Shown here one piece after another: positions 37,786 through 46,700 of a DNA stretch of 64,000 bases (its first letter is position 1; the number at the start of each line of letters is the position of its first letter). A program made the translations under genes and the position numbers. The notes beneath the pieces are model-generated. The model was not told the origin of the DNA and did not search any database. It saw nothing but the letters and a program-made list of their open reading frames with translations. This stretch comes from Vulcanimicrobiales bacterium. Its GTDB lineage: Bacteria > Vulcanimicrobiota > Vulcanimicrobiia > Vulcanimicrobiales > Vulcanimicrobiaceae. Where the stretch lies: the NCBI GenBank assembly GCA_038231455.1, contig JBBRLI010000005.1:1-64000 (forward strand), in the 5' to 3' direction.

Positions 37786-38967
37786 ATGGATACCATCGCG
37801 ATCGACGCTATCGGCCAGCATGCTATTGACCTTCGGCGGGAGATTCATCGCCATCCGGAGCTCGGCTTCGAAGAAGAGAAAACGGCCGCGCTAATCGAGC
37901 GCGAACTTGATGCACTCGGCATCGAGCACCGCCGGGTCGCGACGACGGGCGTCGTCGGCGTGATACGCGGCACGCTTCCCGGCAAGACGTCGGCGATTCG
38001 CGGCGATATGGATGCATTGCCGTTGCAAGAGGATTCGGGCGATCCGAACACCTCGCAAGTGCCGAATAAAATGCACGCGTGCGGTCACGATGCGCACGTT
38101 GCGATGGTGCTCGGTGCGGCGCGCGACCTGCAAGAAAATCGGGCGAAGCTTCACGGGAACGTGGTGTTGTTGTTCCAGCCGGCCGAAGAAGGCCCAGGCG
38201 GAGCGGAACCAATGATCGCCGAGGGTGCGCTCGATAACCCCAAGGTCGATGCCGTTGCGATGCTCCACGTCGACGTGCGCATTCCAACCGGCTCCGTTTC
38301 GATCACACCGGGACCGGTGAACGCCGCAGCCGACGAAATTCAGATCACGATCCGCGGCAAAGGCGGCCACGGCGCTGCTCCGCACAAAGCGCAAGACACG
38401 ATTCCCGCTGCTGCCGCAACGATTCTTGCGCTGCAGAATATCGCCGCGCGCGAGACCGACCCGTTGGCCTCGGTCGTCGTCACGATCGGTACGATCGAGG
38501 GCGGTTTCCGTAACAACATCATCGCCGATAAAGTGCACATGACCGGTACGGTTCGTACGACCGACCCGGTGTTACGAAACGAAATCGAAGCGCGCCTCAA
38601 TCGCATCATCGGCGGCGTGACGGCGGCCTACGGCGTTACGTTCGAACTCAGAGTCATCTACGGCTATCCGCCCGTGGTCAACCACCCGGTGCTCGCAGAG
38701 AACCTTGCCGCGCATTTACGCGAGAGGACATCGATCGTTATCGAACGCCTCCAGCCGACAATGGGCGCTGAGGACTTCGCCTACTTCGCACAGCGCGTCC
38801 CGGGCGTGCTCGTGCGCCTGGGTGTCTATAACGAGTCGGTCGGGGCCACGTTCTACGTGCATAGCCCCCAATTCAAGCTCGACGAGGGCGCAATTCCGGT
38901 CGGTATCCGTACGCTTGCGGCGTTCTGCCGCGGGGTCAATGCTGGGGAAATTTCCACCGAGAAATAG
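37786..38967 (+). CDS. M20D family amidohydrolase
   Basis: HRHPELGFEE, RGDMDALP, MHACGHD, FQPAEE, GGHGA.PH and EDF. Confidence 0.92.
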   Translation: MDTIAIDAIGQHAIDLRREIHRHPELGFEEEKTAALIERELDALGIEHRRVATTGVVGVIRGTLPGKTSAIRGDMDALPLQEDSGDPNTSQVPNKMHACGHDAHVAMVLGAARDLQENRAKLHGNVVLLFQPAEEGPGGAEPMIAEGALDNPKVDAVAMLHVDVRIPTGSVSITPGPVNAAADEIQITIRGKGGHGAAPHKAQDTIPAAAATILALQNIAARETDPLASVVVTIGTIEGGFRNNIIADKVHMTGTVRTTDPVLRNEIEARLNRIIGGVTAAYGVTFELRVIYGYPPVVNHPVLAENLAAHLRERTSIVIERLQPTMGAEDFAYFAQRVPGVLVRLGVYNESVGATFYVHSPQFKLDEGAIPVGIRTLAAFCRGVNAGEISTEK

Positions 38968-39074
38968 ACCAACGCCCGACCGTGGGCGTCCTCACATCGC
39001 CGCCACCCCCGGATTGGTACGCTCTCTTACACCCGTCGGCATCGACCGGCGGGGCGGTATGGAGGGTAGTCAAC

Positions 39075-39701
39075 GTGGCAGTAGCGGTAACGGAACGGAA
39101 GCAGCTTGGGGTCGAGCAGCAGCTGCGCGCGGAACGAGATCTGCGACTGATCGAGGCGTTCAACGCCGGTCGTCGTGATGCGTTCGATGAGCTCGTGAAA
39201 AATTACGAATCGACCGTGCATCGTGTGCTCGCGCAACTTAACGTGCAGTCGGGCGACGTCGAAGACCTCACACAAGAAGTCTTCCTGCGCATCTATCGCA
39301 ATATCCAACGTTTCCGCGGCCAATCGTCGTTCTACACGTGGCTCTATCGCATTACCGTCAACGTGTTTTTCGACCACAACAAAAAACGCAAACGCGCAGA
39401 CGTCCGTCTCTCACGGTTGCAGAATGCACTCGTCGATGTGTCGAACGCGCGCCCCGAAGGCGACGATCCGTTCTACGCGACGTACAATGCGCTCACGCGC
39501 GAAGAGTTCTCAAACGCCATCGAAACGCTGCCCGAGCCGTTCCGTGCCGTGGTCGCGATGCGCGAGGTCGATGACCTCAGCTACGAAGAGATCGCGCTCC
39601 AAACCGGAATCTCTATTGGGACGGTCCGCTCACGGCTCTCTCGCGCGCGCCAGCGCTTGAAGGAGCTGCTCCGCCCAGTTTTGATCGAAGCGGCCGCCTA
39701 A
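39075..39701 (+). CDS. ECF sigma factor (RpoE/SigW-like)
   Basis: EDLTQEVF, F.TWLYRI and LSYEEIA...GTVRSRLSRAR; GGAGG RBS before GTG 39075. Confidence 0.9.
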   Translation: MAVAVTERKQLGVEQQLRAERDLRLIEAFNAGRRDAFDELVKNYESTVHRVLAQLNVQSGDVEDLTQEVFLRIYRNIQRFRGQSSFYTWLYRITVNVFFDHNKKRKRADVRLSRLQNALVDVSNARPEGDDPFYATYNALTREEFSNAIETLPEPFRAVVAMREVDDLSYEEIALQTGISIGTVRSRLSRARQRLKELLRPVLIEAAA

Positions 39702-39721
39702 AGCGGTCGCTTTTCTTTTTC
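39688..39721 (+). terminator. Terminator overlapping the ECF sigma stop codon
   Basis: AAGCGGCCGC-CTAAA-GCGGTCGCTT followed by a T-rich tail. Confidence 0.6.
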
Positions 39722-39791
39722 GGCCTACAAGAACTTGTGGGTCGGGGTGATCTCGACCACAATCCCTAGTGGTTACCGCAGGCAGGGTGCA

Positions 39792-40313
39792 ATGGACGGC
39801 GAAGATCAGTCGATGGCGATTCCGCAACTCTCGTTCGATCGCCCCGGCGCACTGCATCGTAGCCAAGACGTGGCTTCGTCGGCCGAGTCCGCCTTCGCCC
39901 TGATGTGCGAGGTGGAAAAATGGCCGGTGTGGCTCTCGTTCCTCCGGAGTGCGCGGCGGCTGGATCCGCTCAAAATGCTCGGCCTCGGCGACGAAGTCGC
40001 GATCCGCTCGGCGATTCCGGGTGAAGAGGAAGAGCTCTTCGAGGTCGACCAGTATATCGAAAATCACATCGTTTCGCTCGTTGGCGCGTACTCCGTGCGG
40101 CGACGCATCGATCTGCGCGTCGAGCGCAAAACCGAACGCTCGAAGATCGTGGTTCGGATCGACTACCCCACGTATGGCGGGGCGATCGGCCGCTTGATCG
40201 ACCGCATTACCGTGCGGCCCAAGCTCGAAGGCGCGCTGGGCGAATCGCTCGTGCACTTTAAGGGGTTATGTGAGTACGACCGCGGGCCCGACGCACTGCT
40301 TGAAGATTTTTAG
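39792..40313 (+). CDS. SRPBCC/START-like domain protein
   Basis: VEKWPVWL and C-terminal helix LVHFKGLCE. Confidence 0.65.
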   Translation: MDGEDQSMAIPQLSFDRPGALHRSQDVASSAESAFALMCEVEKWPVWLSFLRSARRLDPLKMLGLGDEVAIRSAIPGEEEELFEVDQYIENHIVSLVGAYSVRRRIDLRVERKTERSKIVVRIDYPTYGGAIGRLIDRITVRPKLEGALGESLVHFKGLCEYDRGPDALLEDF

Positions 40314-40319
40314 CAGTCA

Positions 40320-40349
40320 TTGACGCTCAGTGCTAAATTTTGCTACGCT
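40320..40349 (+). promoter_or_regulatory. Putative sigma70 promoter (TTGACG-N18-TACGCT with extended TG)
   Basis: Near-consensus hexamers upstream of the FmdB-like gene. Confidence 0.5.
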
Positions 40350-40379
40350 CTACCGTAGCGCCACCAACCGGAGAAATAC

Positions 40380-40619
40380 GTGCCCCTCTACGACTACAAG
40401 TGCGAGAAATGCCAAGAGACGACCGAAGTGCGTCATGGCTTTAAAGAAACCCACGGCGAAGCGTGCCCCAAATGCGGTGGCAAGCTGAACCGCGTGTTCA
40501 ATCCCGCCGGAATCGTGTTCAAAGGGTCGGGATTCTACATCAACGATTCGCGCGGCGCAGCGCCGTCGGAATCGGGTAGCACCAAAAGCGACACACCCAA
40601 AAGCGACACCGCGGCGTAG
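40380..40619 (+). CDS. FmdB-family zinc ribbon protein
   Basis: MPLYDYKC..C...CP.CGG...FKGSGFY. Confidence 0.9.
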   Translation: MPLYDYKCEKCQETTEVRHGFKETHGEACPKCGGKLNRVFNPAGIVFKGSGFYINDSRGAAPSESGSTKSDTPKSDTAA

Positions 40620-40627
40620 GTCGCTCG

Positions 40628-40969
40628 ATGTCATTCGAGACGTTCGCAGCTTGGTTTGCGGGCGTCTTTGCGTTTATTCTGCTCGATCTGATCGTCGTGA
40701 TGCTCGTGCGTGCGGCAAGCGAGGCAAAACGCTTGAATAAGCGCCTTGGAGCGCTCACCGAGGGACCGCCGGGCATCGATCCGGCGACCGTTACCGCGAG
40801 TGTGGAGCGGCTTCAAATCGCATCGCAGCAGATCGCGCCGCTCGTCGGGCGTATGGATGCGGCACTTGCGATCGTCCGCCGCGGCCCAACGTTTTTACCG
40901 GTCGAACTTCCGCCGATTTTCGTTACGATCCAGCGCGACGTCGCCTGGCTGCGCGGACTCGCGCGCTAG
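40628..40969 (+). CDS. Hypothetical membrane protein
   Basis: N-terminal transmembrane helix and coiled-coil-like region. Confidence 0.55.
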   Translation: MSFETFAAWFAGVFAFILLDLIVVMLVRAASEAKRLNKRLGALTEGPPGIDPATVTASVERLQIASQQIAPLVGRMDAALAIVRRGPTFLPVELPPIFVTIQRDVAWLRGLAR

Positions 40970-42414
40970 GACTTCGGCTCGTTCGGATCTGGCGGCGGAC
41001 CAAATGGGCTACCGGGCGGCGGCGCTGTCGGTAAGCCGAACGGATCGGCGGCTGTCCCCGGCGGCAAGCCGAACGGGTTCGCGTCAACCGGTGCCTCAGG
41101 CGGTTCCCACGCCCAGCCGCCCGGTGCCGGCGCTGCGGTCGGGGGCATCCCGAACGGCACGTCGGGCGGCTGGGCCTGAGGCGGCACGGCGAACGGCGGT
41201 CCGAATGCTGGCGATGGTGGGGGATCCGGAGCACCCGGGGGCATGCCGACCACGATTTCGGGGGGCGCGCCGCCAAAGCGGAACGGGCCATTTTGTCGCG
41301 TCTCCGGCAACGGATTCACCGGCGGCATCATCGTTTCGCTCGATACGTCGCCGGTCGGCTTAAACGAGAACGCGGCCGGCAAACCTTGCGGGGGCGCCGG
41401 CGGTGCGCCCGGCTGCGCGGGCGGCGGGCTCACCGGGAAGAACGGGCTGCTTGGAATCGGCGCCGCGGGATTAAACGGCGGCGGTGGGTTGCCGGGAAGC
41501 GCGGGGGGTGCTTGAGAGAATGCCCCCGGAAGCGCGCCCGGGGCGACCGGAGCGATCGGAATCGGTATTTTCGGCGCCGGTGCCGGCGGCGCCGGGGCTT
41601 GCGGGTTATGGGCAAAGGCGGCGATTGCAGCGTCGTTTGCGCGCTTGATGCGCTCGGCGGGGTCTTCGCGCAGCAACGTCCCCGCGCCATCGGTTGGAAT
41701 TTCGCCGGCCGCTGCAGCGACGAGCACGTAGCGTGACTGCGGCAAGAGTTGGCCGCCGGGCCGTTGCGCGAGTTCGCGCAGTTCGTCGAGGTAAGGTTTT
41801 GGCGTCTCCTCGATTTCCATCGTCTCGAGAATCAAGCGCACCGTATCTTCGATGTATTCGCGCGGCGGCACGCGCAGAAACGAGTACGTCGCACTCGTGA
41901 TATCGGCTTTGACGACGGTTAGCAGTTTTTTCCAGTAGTCGAGGATCTGGTAGTACTCAAAGGCGCCAAGTTCGCGCTTCGCGCGCGAGTAGAGCGCGGC
42001 AATGCGGCGTCCGAGCGCATCGCTCGGCGGCGCGGGTTCGACGATGACGACGCGCTGCCCGACGCGCGCGAGTTCCGAGACGATCTGCGCGTGAAAGAAC
42101 GGATCGACTTCGTGCAGATAGTGAAACGCGATCGCCGCGTCGTAGGTATTCTCGCGCGCGGGGATCGTCGTCGTGCTGCCGCGCACGGTCTTAACGCCGA
42201 CATCCGCAAGCGACCCCAGGCGATCGACATCCGACTCGATCACGGTGACGTCTGCGCCGATTTGAACCGCGCGGATGAACCACAGCGGATCGATGCTGGC
42301 GCCCGCAAAGAGCACGGATTCGCCTTTGCGAATCGCCATGGCATCCCAGACGAGCTGGTCGATGCGGTGGGATTCGCGTTCGAATTCCTCAGCTAAGATT
42401 GTGCTGTTGTCCAT
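40966..42414 (-). CDS. Class I SAM-methyltransferase-like domain with a long Pro-rich tail
   Basis: IP..ENTYDAAIAFHYLHEV and ELARVG.RVVIVE; about 210 Pro-rich C-terminal residues. Confidence 0.65.
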   Translation of the reverse strand: MDNSTILAEEFERESHRIDQLVWDAMAIRKGESVLFAGASIDPLWFIRAVQIGADVTVIESDVDRLGSLADVGVKTVRGSTTTIPARENTYDAAIAFHYLHEVDPFFHAQIVSELARVGQRVVIVEPAPPSDALGRRIAALYSRAKRELGAFEYYQILDYWKKLLTVVKADITSATYSFLRVPPREYIEDTVRLILETMEIEETPKPYLDELRELAQRPGGQLLPQSRYVLVAAAAGEIPTDGAGTLLREDPAERIKRANDAAIAAFAHNPQAPAPPAPAPKIPIPIAPVAPGALPGAFSQAPPALPGNPPPPFNPAAPIPSSPFFPVSPPPAQPGAPPAPPQGLPAAFSFKPTGDVSSETMMPPVNPLPETRQNGPFRFGGAPPEIVVGMPPGAPDPPPSPAFGPPFAVPPQAQPPDVPFGMPPTAAPAPGGWAWEPPEAPVDANPFGLPPGTAADPFGLPTAPPPGSPFGPPPDPNEPKS

Positions 42415-43688
42415 ATCTCCTGGAAATCCGGAAAGCTGATCGCGATCGGCGCAGCATCGTCTACGACAATGTTCCCCGTTCCGGCCGCAAGTACCGCCGC
42501 GCTCATGGCGATTCGGTGATCGCCGGCGCTATCAACCGGAGCGGTCGCTTCGTGGAGCTCCACCGGGTTGACGATGAACCCGTCGGGGCGCTCTTCGATG
42601 TCCGCCCCGACCGAGCGCAGCAGCGCGGCCAGGGTCGCGATCCGGTCGGATTCTTTCTGGCGGAGTTCTTCTGCGCCGCTGACCACGCTTGGGGTCGTAG
42701 CGAAGACGGCCGCAACGCCGAACACCGGTAGCTCGTCGATCATGCGCGAGACGAGCGCCCCCGAGATCGAGGTCCCATTCAAAGGAGCGGCGATCACGCG
42801 AACGTCGGCGATCGGTTCGCCGCCGACTTCGACCGCATTCTCATAGGTGATATTCGCACCCATCGCTCGCAGCGCATCGACGATGCCGGTACGCGTCGGG
42901 TTGACGCCGATGCGTTCGACGACGAGGTCGCTGCCCGGCACGATCGAGGCGGCAACGAAGAAGAACGCGGCAGCGGAAATATCGCCCGGCACTTCGATCT
43001 CGGTGCCGATAAGCGGGCGCGGTTCGAAAACGACCGTTTCGCCGTCCCAAATGACCGGGGCTCCAAATCGCTGCAGCATCCGTTCGGTATGATCGCGACT
43101 GAAGTTATCGCCCGTGATTCGCACGGTTCCGGTGGCGTTCAAATGCGCGAGCAAAATCGCGGACTTGACTTGCGCTGAGGGGACCGAGAGCGCGAACGTT
43201 CCGCCTGCGGGATTGCGAACGCCTGCGATCGTTGCCGGAAGGCGGCCGTTTGTCGTTTCGATCTGCGCGCCGATCGTCCGCAGCGGCACGGCGACGCGTT
43301 CCATCGGACGGCGCTGCAGCGACTCATCGCCGGTGAACTTGGCGCGCACGCCGGCGCCCGCGACGAGGCCCATGAGCATGCGCGCCGTCGAGCCGCTATT
43401 GAGGCAGTCGATGACTTGCACCGGGTCGCGCAGGACGCCGCCGGTGACGACGAGCGTCGCGCCGTTGTCGCGCCCGGCCCAGTGCTGAATGCGAATCCCC
43501 ATCGCCGCGAGTGCTTCGCGCGTGGCTCGAACATCGGCGCCGCGATTGGAGTTCGAGATGACCGTCGTTCCGCGGGAAACCGCACCGAACAGAAGCGCGC
43601 GGTGCGAGATTGATTTATCTCCGGGAACGCGGACGCGGCCGCGGAGTGCGCCGCGGCCGAACGTCGTAGCAGTGGTCATCATCGGCAC
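42393..43688 (-). CDS. aroA: 3-phosphoshikimate 1-carboxyvinyltransferase (EPSP synthase)
   Basis: VPGDKSISHR, NSGSTAR, RPM.RV, SAQVKS, RDHTE, ELRQKESDRI and DHRIAM. Confidence 0.95.
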   Translation of the reverse strand: MPMMTTATTFGRGALRGRVRVPGDKSISHRALLFGAVSRGTTVISNSNRGADVRATREALAAMGIRIQHWAGRDNGATLVVTGGVLRDPVQVIDCLNSGSTARMLMGLVAGAGVRAKFTGDESLQRRPMERVAVPLRTIGAQIETTNGRLPATIAGVRNPAGGTFALSVPSAQVKSAILLAHLNATGTVRITGDNFSRDHTERMLQRFGAPVIWDGETVVFEPRPLIGTEIEVPGDISAAAFFFVAASIVPGSDLVVERIGVNPTRTGIVDALRAMGANITYENAVEVGGEPIADVRVIAAPLNGTSISGALVSRMIDELPVFGVAAVFATTPSVVSGAEELRQKESDRIATLAALLRSVGADIEERPDGFIVNPVELHEATAPVDSAGDHRIAMSAAVLAAGTGNIVVDDAAPIAISFPDFQEIWTTAQS

Positions 43689-43697
43689 GTTTTACCT

Positions 43698-43780
43698 TGG
43701 GGAAGGTGGGACTCGAACCCACATGAGCTCACACTCGGTCGCTTTTGAGGCGACTGCGTATACCATTTCGCCACTTCCCC
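43698..43780 (-). tRNA. tRNA-Leu(CAA); CCA not encoded
   Basis: GGGGAAG/CTTCCCC acceptor stem, anticodon stem GTCGC/GCGAC with loop CTCAAAA, long variable arm, GGTTCGAGTCC T-arm. Confidence 0.95.
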
Positions 43781-46700
43781 GACTCGGGCAAATTCGCGGA
43801 ACCGACCCGACGCCCTTGTGGGCTTGCGACAATCGCGCGCGCCGCATCGAGCGACTCGGCGGTATCGAGGCGATAGACCATGTGGCGCCGTGCCCCGGCC
43901 GCGAGTCGAAGTTTTACAACTAGGGAACCATCGCCGATCGTCGCTTCGGCTTTTTCGATATCGCCGTGCGGCCACGAGAGCGCGATCACGTCGTGTGTGA
44001 CTTGGTTGTACATGCCGACCGCGTCGCGGTCGAGCGTTTGCGTCGAGGCAGTGAAGTCGCGTACGTCGCGCCCGATTGCCCGCAGATCGTCCGGTGCGCC
44101 AAAGAGGCCAAGCGATGAGATGATGACCGCGCGCTGACTGCTTGCACCCGGATCATCGCCGAACGTCACCTGTTCGTCGACGGAGAATGATGTCGCGCCG
44201 GGTTCGAGTGTTAGCGTTCGTTCGATGTGCTCGCCGTTGGGGAGCACGTCAGGCGGATTGTAGGCGAATCGCACGACGGCGCGCGGACCGGATTCGATCA
44301 CGGCGGCGGCATACTTCCGATTAAAAAAGCCGGCGGGAAAACTATGCGTGTACTTGGCGATCTTGTCCGCCTGGGAGGGCGGCGGTTGAACGAGCACATC
44401 GTCGCGCATTGCGCCGATCGGTGTGAACGCACTTCGCCCGGTGGCAAGCGATTCGAAGACGAATCCGCGCGCGCCGGCGTTCGGTGAGACGACCACGCGA
44501 ACGCGCTCGTTTTCCAACACCACTAGCGGCGCACCATCTTCGAGTAAGTCGGCTTTGAAAGCGATCGCCTCACCGGGTTTTGCCTGCTGTGGGTAGACCA
44601 CCGGGATGCGTACGTCATCGCGAACGATCAGCGTCTGGAGAAGTCTGGACGGTGCCGCTCGATCGATTGTCTTGAGCGATGAGTCGCGTAAGTCGGCTCC
44701 GCTACTCGCGACCATGAGAACTTGCGGCGTTCGAACGTTGAATTCGAGGCGATGGCCGCCGATTTCCAAGCGCACGAAACACTCACCGGGAGAGCCGAAT
44801 TCAACGTTGGATCCGATGCGGCGTGGGTGGCAAGTCGTAAGAATGAGCCGGTCTGCCGCCGAGAATGACTCGCTCAGCGAATGAAGGGGCACGTCCGCGG
44901 CAATAACAAGCGAATCGCGCGCGGGAATGTCGAGCGGACCGACGCGTTCGCGCGTTCCGTCAACGCGACGGAACGCGAGTTCCTTGATCGCGATCGGATT
45001 GACATCGTAGTTCGGGATATCGACGAACGTGGCACGCGATCGATCGTCATGCAGCACGTTTGCGCCAGCAGCGCCGGTCACGGCACGGTCTTTGAGTTCG
45101 CCAATCTCAGCGATCGCTCCGACAATTTTTACACCGCGCGCTTGCAGCGCAGTAAGTTTGAGCCGCACTTGCGTCAGAACGTGACCCGCGCCGGGGATGC
45201 TCGGAACAACAATGTGCCGGTACCGTTCCAAGGTCGTTTCATCACCGAAACGCAGGTCGATCAAATCGCATACCAAGCCGGCATTCCGGCAGGCGCGCTG
45301 CGCGTCTTGCGTACGCGCGGCGATCGTAAAAATCGCCGAATGGGATAGCGCCCGCTCGTCGAACGCGCTTGTTAGATACGCAATGCCGACGTCGGCATCG
45401 CGGTGCGTCGATGCGAGAAGTCCGCCGTAGACGTCGATCAGGTCGGCAAAGCTGCGCATCGGTGCGTACCGCGCGTGGTGAACCGTGGGGTCGATACCGA
45501 GCGCCGCGTCCCAATCGTAGAGCATATTCGAGAACGGCGCTTCCCAGCCGGCAGGCGCGATCGAATCTTGCGCGGGGAAGTTCACGACTCCGTGCGCGCC
45601 AAATCCGAGGAGCGAATGAAGCGCGAGCGTGGTATTGCTCGGATCGGCCGGTCGCGGACGCGTCGATTCGGGTTGTTGCAGCCATCCTGCCTGAAATTCG
45701 CTCATTGCAACGGCTTGATGCGGCCGTGTCTGCAAGAGTCCGGTCGAAAATTCAAGCGCGCCACGGTCGTGCTCGCCGATACTGAAGGCATCGCTTTGAT
45801 ACCAGTTGCCCATCGCCCAAACGGGTGAACTGGCCGTGACTTTCATCTCGTAGGTATTGATGAAGAGCGGGAGCTGCGGGCCGACGATGCTGCGCACGTC
45901 GCTAGCAAGCGTGTCGAGATACGTGCGCAAATGCGGCGCGGGCCACGTTTGATTGTCGATGTACGCGCCCTGATCGTCATCGAGTGCGACGGCGATGACT
46001 TTGTCGGCGATCGGCACGAACTGTCGCAGGGCCATCCCGATCCAGCGTTCGGAATAGCGTACGTGCGTCGCATTTTGCAACCATGCGGCCGCAGCATCGT
46101 CGCTATTCGCGTTTTGCAACGTCGCCGTCGACGGATAGCGACCCTCGAGAATATCGTGGATTGGCATCCCGTATTCGGGGCGCGCGAGCAGCCACGCCGG
46201 ATAGCCGCCGTTGCGCCATTCGTTGCGGATAACGGGTCCGGGCCGAACGATGATCTTGAAGTTTCGCACTTTGAGGAGCGCAATGAGTTCGCCGAGGTCG
46301 CGCCGTGGGCTCGTGCGGCCATCGAAGTCAAAATCGTTGTCGGAGAGTTCGTGCCAGTTCCACGGCACGTAGAGGTCGATCGTGTTGATCCCGAGTGTGG
46401 CGAGCGCATCGAGCGATGCTGCCCACGATGAGCGCGGAAGTCGGTCGTAAAAGAACGCCGCTCCGTAGACGAAGAATGGCCGCCCGTCGACGAGCAAGGT
46501 CGAGGTGCCTCGTCGTTCGACGTTTGCGCTGTGCGTGAATTCGGCTGCATCCGCGGGCTGATATGCCGTCAGCAAGAACGCGAGCGATGCGATCAATGCG
46601 AATGGCCAACTGCGCATCCGTTTCGCCCGGATGAAGAAGACGACGCCGCCGACGAAAAGCGTCAGGACGCCGAAGGTCATCCCCCACGCCGTCGTTTGCG

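Noticed and set aside
43698-43780. tRNA-Leu as an integration site for a genomic island
   Set aside because: No integrase and no duplicated tRNA 3' end seen; flanked by aroA
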